A DNA stretch of 64,000 nt from Tubiluchus corallicola. Its lineage: Eukaryota; Animalia; Priapulida. Of this stretch, positions 1-12,529 are shown piece by piece. The notes below the pieces were generated by a model. The model saw only the letters and a program-made list of their open reading frames with translations. It ran no database searches and was not told where the DNA came from. How positions within the stretch are numbered: position 1 is the first letter of the stretch; each line of letters starts with the position of its first letter. A program made the position numbers and the translations under genes. Location: NCBI GenBank assembly GCA_030141605.1, contig JAQGDQ010000389.1, positions 15,653-79,652 of the forward strand, in the 5' to 3' direction.

Positions 1-493
1 GAATTGAATTGCAATTGACTTCTCGAACATTGTACATATTTGTGCAGATAAAACTGAACTGAATTGAATTGAAATTGACTTCTCAACCTCCTACATGGAA
101 ATTATCAAACCTGTACTGTTTTCCATGAGACAAATCGAATCAAATTTTCAAAGCAAATGCAAAAAGTAGATAAATCCTTGCGAACGACCACATGATTAGT
201 TCAAGTCAGAAAAAACACGTCGCACGTATGTGTGATGTGTTCGTATATTGAAAGGCAAAAGAGACTTTGGTAAACATATTTTGTTGCTCGTTTATTGTAA
301 AGCAAGGCAAACTGGCTTAGTTTCTTTATTATACTCATATCTCTACATTTTGTAGTGCTTTGAAACTTTGCGTCCACATTCTGTTTAAATTGCTACTTGA
401 AGTGTTAATTTCGTGTAAAAATAGATGCTACTCTGCAAATTTGTGTTTATGAAAAAGAGCAATCAGTTTATCTGCTGATGAGACATTAATTGT

Positions 494-550
494 TGTTTAG
501 TTTAGTTTAGTTTAGTTTAGTTTAGTTTAGTTTAGTTTAGTTTAGTTTAG
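494..550. repeat. (TTTAG)n microsatellite, ~11 units
   Basis: Perfect pentamer run read directly. Confidence 0.95.
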
Positions 551-1041
551 ACAGTTGTTGTGCTGCGTGAGCTGTTGTCCCAAACATTTTTGTTCACTGA
601 CATTCATACGTATACTGCAATGCGTCGGCCAATCATTATTTTTGTAACAGAAATCGAAACTGAGAGCCTGCCATAGCAAAATTTTATTTAAACACGAATC
701 GCTGAAAAATATCGGCTCACGGTGATTATTTTTGCAACCTTTCCCATTTTCCCTGACTTTTCGCGCCAATTTTCATCATTCTCCCAGACTTTTTACCAAA
801 TTATTCCCCCCCCCCCCCCGACTTTCCAGGATAGCCTGTATTTTCAACGATTTTCCCCATTCGTGGGAAAACTGAATTTCTTAACAGGAGATGTACTTAC
901 TTTTTCACTGGACAAAAACAGTCCAAGAAATATGACAGGAATTTTTATTTTTGAATTTTGAACACTCAAGTTATCTCGTTGGCAGGACTTACAGCAATAG
1001 TGATCTGACTGAATCAGTTTTTGTAGTAGGATATTACTTAC

Positions 1042-1390
1042 CAGTCATAGAGGGCGTGTACTGCATTGACCCTGGACCAGTAGATGGAGGTCCAGGAGGA
1101 AGTGCGCTACTTTGTCCACCAGGTGGCAGTCCAGGTGGTCTCACTTGTCCAGGGGGTGGCAAACTTGGTCCACTCGGTGGCCCCGGCTGTGGAACACTAG
1201 GAGGTCGTGGTAAATACGAGCCACTAGGCGGCGCTCCTGGCAAGCCCGAAGCAGTAGTTGGTACAGTTTGACCACTAGGCGGCACTGGCTGATGATAAGA
1301 ATACGGAGCCGAGGCACCAGGTGGCATTCTAGGCCCTGTGGGAGGAGGCGGGTATATCCCCTGTCCTTGCTGAGCCAAAGAGGAGGGTGG
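1042..1390 (-). CDS. Coding exon 3 of a Pro/Gly/Gln-rich protein (possibly Sec24-family N-terminus); gene continues past the left edge
   Basis: Minus strand ttttccag|CCACCC...ATGACTG|gtaagt; 349 nt, phase 0 in, phase 1 out; PPSSLAQQGQGIYPPPPTGPRMPPG...QYTPSMT; GC-rich in an AT-rich background. Product identity is a composition-based guess. Confidence 0.85.
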
Positions 1391-1479
1391 CTGGAAAAAT
1401 AAACACAATTCATGAAACAACAATAGAATGAGCAGAAAAAATAAACAAGATTTTATTTATTTAGCAAACTTATGTTGCA

Positions 1480-2210
1480 GAGACTTCACGAAAATGAAAA
1501 TTGCGGTTCTTTGCAAATTGGTTTTTCAAATTACAAAGAAAAAAATGCGGTTGATTGTGCCTGGATACCTTAAACTTTCACAGTCACCAGCATTGAAGAT
1601 GTGCCGTATTGCCAAAAAAATCATGCTACATATGGCACAGAAAGTTAAACAAACGAACTATTTGAACCAAAATTTTTCAGCGATTTTTAACATCTAGGAG
1701 AAAAAACCGTAAGACGGATAAATACTAGTAAAGTCTTTGAAAATTGAACACTTGCACACCAATACTTGCAGTTTTGGTTGAGTTGCGTTTTTGCCAAATA
1801 TTATCGTTTTGTAGGCAAAACTGTTAGTAATTTTCGGTGGCAATTCAAAGATTTTAGTAGTATTTATCTAGCTTAACATTTTTACCCCATTTTATAATCG
1901 ATGAAATACAGGCAACAAAATATTTACAAAATGAAATTTGTCAGTTTTTTTGAAGCTTCATGATCTTCAACTACAAACATAGTTCGAATTTTTGGGTTCG
2001 TATTTTTTGCCTAGGTACTTCATCAAGCTTGTATCAGAACAAATAAAAGCAAATAAGAGAAAACAAAGTATTTATTCAGAATTTTTTATAGTAGATGGTT
2101 TTGCAAAAATGATTTCGGTTCGATTTCGTTTAAGGTTTTGGGTTTCCTATGTTTCACAAATTTCGGTTTCAGTTTCAGCTTCAGTTTGCAATTTCGGTTT
2201 TGGTAACATC
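1480..2210. mobile_element. Degraded interspersed repeat (DNA-transposon-like) with related pieces at 17410-18480
   Basis: 2000-2210 matches 17410-17590 inverted (gatttcggttcg...ggtttcctatgtttcacaaatttcggttt). 1545-1740 matches 17710-17786 plus 18243-18380 in direct orientation (cagcattgaagatgtgccg). Confidence 0.6.
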
Positions 2211-2325
2211 CTTGTTATATTGCTGTGATTATAAGAAATTTCCAAAGCAAGCAGGTTGCAGTAAGTGTAATGAGAAAGCTTAAAATAATGCACCAGAAGA
2301 GTATTAACTTAAGCTAACAAGCAGC

Positions 2326-2872
2326 TTGTTGTTGTTGGCACCCTTCTGTCTCGGAAGACAAAGGAGTGTGCGCCAAGAGAGTCAGTTATTGATCACATTG
2401 ATGAAGCTGCAGCGTCGACTGTGGCTGAGCAGTCTGATCCTTGAACGTCTTCAGGGCGCACGCCTGGGCAAGGTGTATGGAGATCCTGAGTTGCCCAGAC
2501 AACAGGAACCCCCTCTCTTCCTCGCTGGTGTAGTCCAAAGGAAAGCGGAGCTATATGTTTGGCACCAGGTTGGCTGCAGGAGCTGCCAGAGTCAGTGAGC
2601 TTGTTGCACTGGTCCGCCTTCGGGGCTCCACTCCTGATTTGGAAGGTTTACTCCTCTACACATGGCTGTTGGGTCACTTGACCTCCTCTGCCCTCTAGCC
2701 GTTGGCTGCTTGTACAGCTCCTCCGCCTAGTGTCGAGATACAGTGTGGGCATCCCGCAAGCCTACAGCACCTGGTATTCCTAGGCGGTCACCCATCCAAG
2801 CACTAACCAGGCTCTACGTTCCTTAACTTCGGTGATCAGACGAGAACCGGTGTTTTCAACGTGATTTGGCCG
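2326..2872 (-). mobile_element. 5S rRNA-derived SINE (SINE3-type), longer copy, RTE-like body and (CAA)n tail
   Basis: 2874-2758 on the minus strand is a near-complete 5S rRNA (TACGGCCAAATCACGTTGAAAACACCGGTTCTCGTCTGATCACCGAAGTTAAG...TGGATGGGTGACCG...CTGTAGGCTT) with no oligo-T terminator. Followed by a ~430-nt body and CCAACAACAACAA tail. TSD taacaagcagc at 2315-2325 and 2873-2883. Second copy at 16487-16933. Confidence 0.9.
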
Positions 2873-2968
2873 TAACAAGCAGCACTGATTGGTTAAACTC
2901 ATTTGGTTAATAAACAATGAACAACTCTCTCAGCAGAAATATCCAGCCAATAATCAATCGACATTTAA

Positions 2969-3415
2969 AGAACAAGAAAACGCTCTTCGTAAACAAAGTC
3001 TAAAAACGTGTGTTGAATTTTTTATCACCTGCCTTATTGCATACATGGTTTGCAGTAACAGTAACGCTGTATAAAACTTGTAGGTTTAAACTCCTGCAGT
3101 GACAGTTTGGCGCAGCCGTTTTGACCGTTGATCGTTTGCAACACGTTTATATAACAATGAGTAAAATTTGAAAAATAATCACAGCATTCGTAACACACAC
3201 GTCACTGACTCAGCAAAAGTATAAATTACTGCATTTTGTCAATAAGATTAAAAATAGGTTTTTGGTGAGCCAGTGGTGCACCCTGGGAAGGAGAGCCAGT
3301 TGGTGCAAAATATTGTACTTACATAAATCTTTGAAGCAGATAAACATAATGTTGAGTGACATAACTTAGTGTGGAAAGATTTTGAGACATATATTATAAT
3401 TGCCTTTTCTCCTCC
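2969..3415 (+). mobile_element. Non-autonomous TTAA-flanked DNA transposon (Kolobok-like family 2), diverged copy
   Basis: Begins ttaa|AGAACAAG; shares blocks (aaactcctgc.gtgacagt, gcattcgtaacacac, gccagtggtgcac.ctggga) with 7742-8220, 9457-9966 and 27776-27925. Confidence 0.6.
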
Positions 3416-3579
3416 ATACAAAATGCACCTTATTGCTATACAGCTACATAATAAAACTATTAATAAGTATTGCTCGTGCTACGTTTATATTTGACAAAAA
3501 TACGACAAAATCAATTTACAAAAGGTTTCTGAACACAAACTGATCAACCTACTATACATTCATCTGAACAAGAAAATAC

Positions 3580-3752
3580 CTGTACGGTGCTGCCACCTTG
3601 AGACGGTCCATTAAAACTTTGGTAATGGGGTGCTGAAGCGTGGTAATTAGTCTGGGGCGGTAGGGAACCGGGAGGTGGTCCTTGTGTGGGTGCCGGGGGT
3701 CGATATCCCAAGCTCGTGGGCGGACCGGCGTAAGTCTGATTTGCTTTACCTC
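3580..3752 (-). CDS. Coding exon 2 of the Pro/Gly/Gln-rich gene
   Basis: tttctag|GAGGTAAA...GTACAG|gtattt; 173 nt, phase 1 in, phase 0 out, matching both neighbouring exons; GKANQTYAGPPTSLGYRPPAPTQGPPPG. Confidence 0.85.
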
Positions 3753-3939
3753 CTAGAAACAAAAAAGAGACATTTAATTAAGAAAAAAATGTCTTTTAAA
3801 AGGAAGAAACAATTTTAATCAGCCATTGGTAAAAATGATTCAAATATTAGATCATTTTGCTACAAAATTTTTTTTAGTTTGTACCAGAGGGTCAAAAATC
3901 GAAAGTCTATTCACAAACATACTGCACTCCATTTTGCAA

Positions 3940-4978
3940 CTACTGCACAATGGCACGTACAGTATTGGCTTGCATTTACTGCACATCTCCAACATTAAGC
4001 ACAGCACTGCAATTTGCATTTGCTGCAAACTTCCAACTATAAGCACCGCACTGCAGTTACTGTAAATGTGCAATTATATGTACAGTACTGCAGTCTATAT
4101 TTGCAGTAAATTTCCAACCATTTGCACAGCACTGCAGTTACTGTAAATGTGCAATTATATGTACAGTACTGCAGTCTATATTTGCAGTAAATTTCCAACC
4201 ATTTGCACAGCACTGCAGTTACTTGTAAATGTGCAATTATATGTACAGTACTGCAGGCTGCATTTGCTGCAAATCTCCAATCATAAGCACAGCACTGCAG
4301 TTACTGTAAATGTGCAATTATATGTACAGTACTGCAGGCTGCATTTGCTGCAAATTTCCAACCATAAGCACAGCACTGCAGTTACTGTAAATGTGCAATT
4401 ATATGTACAGTACTGCAGGCTGCATTTGCTGCAAATCTCCAATCATAAGCACAGCACTGCAGTTACTGTAAATGTGCAATTATATGTACAGTACTGCAGG
4501 CTGCATTTGCTGCAAATTTCCAACCATAAGCACAGCACTGCAGTTACTGTAAATGTGCAATTATGTGTTCAGTACTGCAGTCTGCATTTGCTGCAAATCT
4601 CCAATCATAAGTAAATGTGCAATTACATGTACAGTACTGCAGTCTGTATTTACTGCACATCTCCAACCATAAGCACAGCACTGCAGTTACTGTAAATGTG
4701 CAATTATATGTACAGTACTGCAGTCTGCATTTGCAGTAAATTTCCAACCATTTGCACAGCACTGCAGTTACTTGTAAATGTGCAATTATATGTACAGTAC
4801 TGCAGTGTGTATTTGCTGCAAATATCAAACTATAAGCACAGCACTGCAGTTACTGTAAATGTGCAATTATATGTACAGTACTGCAGTCTACATTTGCAAC
4901 AAATATCCAATCATAAGCATTGCAGTTACTGTAAATGTGCAATTATATGTACAGTACTGCAGTCTGTATTTGCTGCAC
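3940..4978. repeat. 81-bp tandem minisatellite, ~12-13 copies
   Basis: Unit gcacagcactgcagttactgtaaatgtgcaattatatgtacagtactgcag(t/g)ct...tttgc...ccaaccat; it produces the 27-aa periodic ORFs in the track. Confidence 0.95.
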
Positions 4979-7741
4979 ACTTCTATACAATATTCAATCT
5001 CAATCAAAAGTGGGAATGTCTTGCTTGAAACGCTTCATTTCCCGATGTACACATAGAAAATACCCCATATGACATAATATTATGAATTGCGCCGAAAAAT
5101 CGACAACAACCTGATGCTTCTGAAAAAGTGTGTGAACAAGTTTGGCATAAATATGTGGCAAAGTTAAATCAAAATGTCCCAGATGCATTTACTTTTTGCT
5201 GTTGTTAGATTGTTTTTTCCTTCGCTCATTTACTTCATTAATTTTTCATTTAATTAATTTTTTACAGCATTAATTAATACAGCCTAAACAACAACATAGT
5301 ATGCGCTCAGATCAAGTGCTGTTCGGGAACTAATCCCATACTAAAAATAGATTGTCTACAGCTTGTTGAAGCACAACTCGACATGCACGACTATAACGTA
5401 CACATAGTTGCTAAGTACGTAAACAATAAACACACTGCCACATGCATTAAAGGCCGGTTCACACTGGTAGATCCAACTTCAGTTGTAACGAGGTCATAAA
5501 CACCGGGTTTAGACGGGAGCCTGTTATCGAGCTTGTAATCGAATGTGTCGATGGTCTGCGTGTTAACACTCTATACGATATGGGATCATTACGAACTCAA
5601 ATGGTTGCAGCCGGTATAGAATGTTTGTGTTTACGTAAACTGGAATTCCTGGGAGTGAGTGGTGGCGTTGATCAAAATAAGATTACTTGAGCCAGCTGAA
5701 CTAGAACTAAGCAAATATCTTGGAATAGAAGCCTGAGCATATAGAGCATGTTATAGATTAGTACTAGGATAAGGGTCTTCTTATTATTCTTATTATTATT
5801 ATCACATTCAGTACAATATAATGACATTAAGCACACAGTGACATCAAAATTATTACATCTACTATATTAAATTGTTATGTTTCATACACTATCGTTATCA
5901 TAAAAGAATAATTGTACTGCAATGGGCTAGAGAAGCAAAGGCTTGTATAAGCCCACTGTCATGTGAACCCGATAAAAAAAGAATGGATGAGTGAACAAAA
6001 AAAGAACTGGGAGAAAGGTTAGATCACACAGGAAGGGTAGCAGGATGTGTTAGTGGAAATGGTAGGAAGAAAGATAATAGATTGCGCTATGTTGACATCA
6101 GCTCTAAAGATTTATCAATGATGCCTTGTTTTGCATAATCTGTACCAGGATTGTGGTATGACTGCTGCAGTAGGTGTGGGAAATTAGGAAGTGTTGTACT
6201 TGTTGAGAATCATTGCTCTGTATTTCTTTTTAAATTTTTGAATTTTTGAATTTCGTGTGCACTGATGCAGTGTATTAAGAAATATTTCCTGTACACACCA
6301 AACAACATTGTACACGGATTGTCCTCCGTGTTTCAAAATAAAGTAATACCAATCAATGTATTTAATTTAGACAATGAGTCTTTAATTTTTTTTCTAATAA
6401 ATGCTAGTCATTCATTAAACTATGATTAAATGAATAATTAAATCATAGTTTAATGAATTATTAACTCATCATTAATAACTCACTTTTTGGAGCAAAAATT
6501 CATCAATATTTTTTTCAGTCACTCTAGTCACATTTTGTTATGCATTGTTTCTAAAAGAATCTTGTAGAATTTAATTTGTATCTTGTCTGAGGTCTTTACG
6601 CCGGCTTTGCTGTTGACCAAAGGTCACATTATATGTGAAAATAACAAATAAAAATGTTTATAACATTGAATGGAACTTTGGCTTATCATTTTTTGTACAT
6701 CGTGATTGTAATTTGTACTTTCTGTAATTTTTTCATGTGAGTAATTTATTTTAAAGTGTTGTATGAAAATTTAGTGTACAGGTAAACTAAAATGAATTCA
6801 GTGGAAGTAGACATTCTTAATAAACTTCTTTTTCATTATTGATTAATTCTTCTTCTTTCTTCTTCTCAATTCTTAATATAAATGAATTTTTACTGTAAGA
6901 ATAAAGAAAATACAACGTAATACAAGTCTACTCTCATTATTGTGATGTTCTTGTAGGTGGAGGCAGTGATTTTGTCAGTATACAAACAATGTATGTGCCA
7001 TCTGGTGTCAAGATGAGCACACATTAAATACTGGTGCACCCTTGAACAACGTGCAATTATTTTGTTTCTTAAAGTACAGTGCAATGTAGTGTACCTAAAG
7101 TATAGTACATCGCATTTTGTTGTAATGTGACAATACGCAAAAGTAAGTCACGAGTTCAAGCCTGACAAATTACTATCTTTTCGTGTGTGAAAGGGAACCA
7201 ACCACCCTTCCTTTTACTACCTCCCTCACGGATAAGCCTCAATTCTTAACCACTTAGTGCAACATTATCATGCAGTCATTGACTCGGATCATCATGACGG
7301 AAAAACGCCACCACGCGGGGCATAAACGAGTAAGAATCACAAGAATTCGCCCCATAAACAAACAAAATTTACCACTGACACAACGGCAATGGTTGCCGTG
7401 CACGGAGAAAAATACGAAATGTTTGTAAACATGCCGGCCACGCCAACTGCAGCAGCCGTAATACAAAATATAAACACCAGGTGTCAGCAGTTAGGCTACT
7501 TGAATTAATGCCTAACTGCAGCAGTAGCCACAGGCAGACAAGTAATGTGTGATTATAACGCTAACTAATTGACTTTGCTACATTGATTAAGAATGGTTGA
7601 ACAAATAAAATAAAACAAGTTTTAAAAACAACACATGCTGTACAAAAGACAAAGAAAATCACAAATCAATAAAAAAGACAAATGCTGCGAGAATATAACA
7701 AAATAAAAAACACGGCAAAAAGCTTGAAATTTTAACTTTGA

Positions 7742-8220
7742 AGCACAAGAAGACCCTTCACTTTACAGAAAGCTTAACAATTTCGTCTTGAAATTTTAAA
7801 TCACCTAAAATGATGCCCTATTGCATATGGAGCTTGCGTTAACAGTAACACTGTATAAATTTTTTTTAAGTTCAAACTCCTGCGGTGACAGTCAAGTGCA
7901 ACAGTTTTGACCATTGGTCGTTTGCAACAAGTTCATATAACATTGCTTAAGTTTGAAAAAATAATCGGAGCATTCGTAACACACCAAGTAAAATTTTACA
8001 TTACCGTATATTGTTAATAAGATTGAAAATATGTTTTTTGGTGTGTCGGCGGTGCACACTGAGATGGTAAGCCAGTAACATTTTACCAGCTGGTGCAAAT
8101 ATTTGAACTTTTTTTTCTAGTTACATAAGTCTGTCAAGCAGGCTAAGTGTAATACTAAGTAATATAACTTTGCATGGAAAGTTTTTTGGCACATACATTA
8201 AAATTCGCGTTTCTTCTCCT
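7742..8220 (+). mobile_element. Kolobok-like MITE family 2 copy
   Basis: AGCACAAGAAG...TTCTTCTCCT|ttaa; homologous to 2969-3415, 9457-9966 and 27776-27925. Confidence 0.65.
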
Positions 8221-9456
8221 TTAAACAACAAAACAGTTTGAGTGACAAAATTTTACACATTTTTTGAAAATTTACTGCATTTCAATATATTTTATTTATA
8301 AAATTTCATCAAAAAACACAAGGAAAATACACACACGACTGTCATTACAGTGCATTTGTTGCCACGGTAGCAAAAACAGTGTAACACGTGGGTAAAGCAA
8401 AGCCGTCTGCTGAATCGGTTCAGTAATTTCGGTTGTTTTACAAACACTTTACCTAATTATGCATAGGTCAGTGCATAGAGTGATTTACTGGCAGATCTTG
8501 CTTAGGAAAAAGAAAAAATGAACTAGGTAAAATTAAGGTTCTAAAACTGTTGCTATTACAATCGCATGGGCTGGGAGGAATTGTTAGGTGTAGACAAATG
8601 TGTCGTCTGGTGCACTTAACCTTTGACCTTCTTGTAATCCTCACCGATCGCTGGAAGTGTGAAAAGGCTTAATGAACTGAATGCATTTCATTTTCTGTCC
8701 ATTCCACAAACAGCAAATACCCATTAATAGTTAGGAGGCCAGACACATAAACTTTGGCAAAAGTGGAATTTCTCTCTTATTTACCTTTTTTCAAGCTTTC
8801 CCGCTTACTAGGTCGTAGCGGATTTCCGCAGCCATCTTTACCCTGTCTATGGTTGCACCACCTGGTGAACATCACCGCAAACAGCATGTTGACGCACGCG
8901 TGTTCCCGGCCGCCGACAAATGTCATGCAATCTTACACGCCACTCGCAAATTTGTGGAATGATCCGGCTCGGCTTCCAGACGCGGATATTGGCAAGAACC
9001 TCATTTACAACTTGTAACACGTCCAGCACAAACACAGTCCCGGAAAAATCCCAGCTTTACAAGAATAACCAGTTTAAGAAGCATTCGATCCGTCAATGCA
9101 CATTGTAGATGGCAGCTGTTTATCGTTTAGTCGCTCCTGTTTTTTCCCCAAAGCTGTATTATTATTATTGTATTCGAATGTCTTGATTTTACAAATTGAT
9201 AACATAACATTTACAAACAGATCAGGGATTTAATACGACAGAATAAATGCCGACAAATGAGTAAGAATTAACGAAGTTACGCCACAACAACAAACAACAA
9301 CAGAAGACAAACAAAAAAGAGAAAAAAATTCATATTCTCCAAGCTTCACTGCCCCGGACGGCTGGAAACATACATGCAAGCACTGTACAGGCTGTTTCAA
9401 AAAGAAAACGCGAAACAACACACCTATAAATCGTTTAAAACGTACAAAACCGTTTA

Positions 9457-9966
9457 AGCACCACGTTCATAAAGCATAAGTAAAGCTTGAAAAATTCGTC
9501 TTGAAATTTCATATCATTTATGTGTTGTCATACTGCATAGAGAGCTAGCATTGGCAGTAACGGTGTGTAAAACTTCCGCGATGGCCGTTTAAACTGTAAG
9601 TAGTTTGAAACAAGTTCAGACAACATCGTGAAATTATTTGAAAAAATATTCAGAGCATTCGTAGCACACTCTTTGCTAACTAAACAAAAGTATAGATTAC
9701 TTTGTTTTGTCCATAAAATCAATAATGTGCTTGTGAACCAGTGGTGCACGCTGGGATGGCAATGGAGTTTTATCAGGTGGCGCGAATATTTGAAATTATG
9801 AAAAATGGTCAATTCCAATCACACAAATTTTTCAAACTGGAAAATTTGTTTGTTAGATAAATTAAATAATGCTAAATAATATATTAAATATTAAATGTTA
9901 TGTTAAATAATATAACAATGTACGAAAACTTCTCCGAGATACTTTGAAATTCCCCTTTCTTTCACT
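9457..9966 (+). mobile_element. Kolobok-like MITE family 2 copy (diverged)
   Basis: aaagcttgaaaaattcgtcttgaaattt and gcattcgtagcacac blocks; ends ttcact|ttaa. Confidence 0.55.
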
Positions 9967-10040
9967 TTAAGTTCTTTGAACTGTTACAGCACTGTTTAGA
10001 AAAATATAGTTCTAGAAGTCTGGTATCACTGTTACACTGA

Positions 10041-10343
10041 AGCATTATGACCTTGTCATGATTTCCGCTGATCAAAAGTGCACCATTTTTCCTATATTTG
10101 AACAAAAGCAGTAAAACAATTAAGAGCCACAAGTGCTGGTGAGCATTATGACCTTGTCATGATTTCCGCTGATCAAAAGTGCACCATTTTTCCTATATTT
10201 GAACAAGAGCAGTAAAACAATTAAGAGCCACAAGTGCTGGTGAGCATTATGACCTTGTCATGATTTCCGCTGATCAAAAGTGCACCATTTTTCCTATATT
10301 TGAACAAAAGCAGTACAACAATTAAGAGCCACAAGTGCTGGTG
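10041..10343. repeat. 101-bp tandem repeat, 3 near-identical copies
   Basis: agcattatgaccttgtcatgatttccgctg starts at 10041, 10142 and 10243. Confidence 0.95.
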
Positions 10344-10650
10344 AACTTGTTTCATCGAACTAATTTTCCAAAACAACAACAACAAAAATAAACATTGGTT
10401 AGATAAGCGCAAAAGGCTGCAGAAATATATTTGAACTTTAGAATCCGAACAAAAGACGACAGAAAGAGTGCAACAGAGAGCAACGGTCGCCATTTTGATG
10501 CCTATGTGACTGATGGATGGCACGGGGGTTAACGCAAATGCCATTCACTGACCACCTAAACAAATGCGGCTCATTAAGACCAGAGCTAAATGAGTGCTGT
10601 CTTCTTCCATTGTGTTGTTCAATGTCTCATTCCATGTATTCTAGGCATTG

Positions 10651-10958
<308 letters not shown>

Positions 10959-11219
10959 ATCATTTAATGCATTTCTGTTTTGTTTCTTAAATTTGAAACT
11001 TACTGTTAATCTGGGCAGCACCAAAACAAAATTTTCTTCTAGGTGATGTCCAGAGGTGTAGTAGTAGTCTCAATAAAAATTATATATTAATGTTTTTTTT
11101 TGTAAAATTTGTGTTAATTTAATGCTTGTCATATAAATTATCATTGTATGCTCATGAAAAAAACAAATTCTAAATTCTAAGTTGTATTACGTAAAGCAAA
11201 AAAGGTATATTAACATTTA

Positions 11220-11715
11220 TCAGAGTATTCTACCTACTTCTATCTGCAGCTAACAGTGTAAGTTCTTCTACTCCTAAAGATAGATTTGGTTGAAGTTGTT
11301 GAACATCTTTATTTATCTTAGCTATCCAAGTTGTTTTAGGTTTGCCAGGTGGTTTTTGCAAGGTTTCAAAGCTTCCTTTAAGGCGATTCTTACTTGTACT
11401 TCACTGGGTAATCTTAGAAGATGTCCTAGCCATCTTAATTTTCGTATCTTGGCTTTTCAACTCCAAGAATCTTTTTTTTTCATTCTAGAGTGTAAATCTT
11501 CATGTTTGATTACGTATGGCTATCTTATCTTTAAAACTTCCCATAGAAGACTTATATGAAATGTGTCAATCTGATTTTCTTGACTAATAGTTAAACTTCA
11601 CGTTTCTCTGTTTGACATAAATATGCTGGTAACGTAAACATTAAATAATCGAAGTCTTATGCAAATGTCTGTTAAACTTTCTAAAACTGACTCTTTTAAT
11701 TTGTGCCATTAACTT
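11220..11715 (-). mobile_element. Decayed RTE-clade LINE, 3' part of the ORF
   Basis: Minus-strand translation with stops and frameshift: RLRLFNVYVTSIF...QIDTFH..LL..VLKIR*P...KLRWLGHLLRLP...PPGKPKTTW...INKD...LAADRSR*. LRWLGH, G(K/R)PKTTW and A.DR are typical RTE post-RT motifs. Confidence 0.8.
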
Positions 11716-12120
11716 CTCAATGAACATCATTGACTAGACAAAGCCTTCCTTCACCACATGCCCCATCAAGAAGAGGACTCTTACTCACAGTATGGCTTCT
11801 TGGGTCACAAACTGGCTTCCGTAGACTAAGTGGGTTGCCATAGACATGTTTACAAAAATGTCAAAACAAAATTTATCATTCTACAGCCAGGGCTGATTCT
11901 GGAGTGATGAGTAAAGCAAGTTTAAATCTGTGTTGGCTACAAGTCTGTTACTTTACAAACACATTAACCCAACAGCTGTAACTATTTTGAAGTAGGAGAA
12001 GTTCTTGAAATTCTCTCCAGGGAAAAGCAACGTAAAAGCAGGAACAAGAAAGCTTGAATTAATCGCTGGAGGTTCCAGAAATGACAACAGCAGAGCACTC
12101 TGGTGTCTAGCAGAATTGAA

Positions 12121-12347
12121 AACGGAAACAGCGCCATCTTGTGGTAAAAATTAAAGAATTTTTGAAGTCTAGATTCAGCACTTTTTAACCAGAATTGATA
12201 ACGGAAGCAGAGCCATCTTGTGGTAAAAATTAAAGAGTTTTTGAAGTCTAGATTCAGCACTTTTTAACCAGAATTGATAACGGAAGCAGAGCCATCTTGT
12301 GGTAAAAATTAAAGAGTTTTTGAAGTCTAGATTCAGCACTTTTTAAC
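12121..12347. repeat. 79-bp tandem repeat, ~2.8 copies
   Basis: gccatcttgtggtaaaaattaaaga at 12133, 12212 and 12291. Confidence 0.9.
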
Positions 12348-12457
12348 ATGATATGATATGTAAGTCAGAAAAGGCTACAAATAAGTTACTCAAAATTTGA
12401 AACGCGATTTTCGAATGTTAATCTATCTATTCATTTCGGGGTCTGAAAAGTCAGATT

Positions 12458-12529
12458 GCCTCTGTCGTGGCTATGGTTAGCATAGCTATCCAGAAAGCAA
12501 AAGACCTGGGTTCGATTCCCAGCAGAGGG
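12458..12529 (+). pseudogene. tRNA-like sequence (tRNA pseudogene or part of a repeat)
   Basis: Acceptor-like stem CCTCTG/CAGAGG, A-box-like TGGCTATGGTTAG, perfect T arm CTGGG-TTCGATT-CCCAG (B box). The anticodon arm pairs poorly. Confidence 0.6.

Noticed and set aside
494-550. Interstitial telomere repeat
   Set aside because: The unit is TTTAG, not TTAGG or TTAGGG; short and intronic.
2758-2874. Functional 5S rRNA genes (also 16485-16604)
   Set aside because: No oligo-T terminator, 5' ends clipped, a shared downstream body, tails and TSDs. These are SINE heads.
8790-9080. Selenoprotein-like minus frame with only TGA stops (MLLKLVILV...SCK*GSCQYP)
   Set aside because: Four scattered TGAs, no convincing SELENOM/F similarity and no SECIS recognised.
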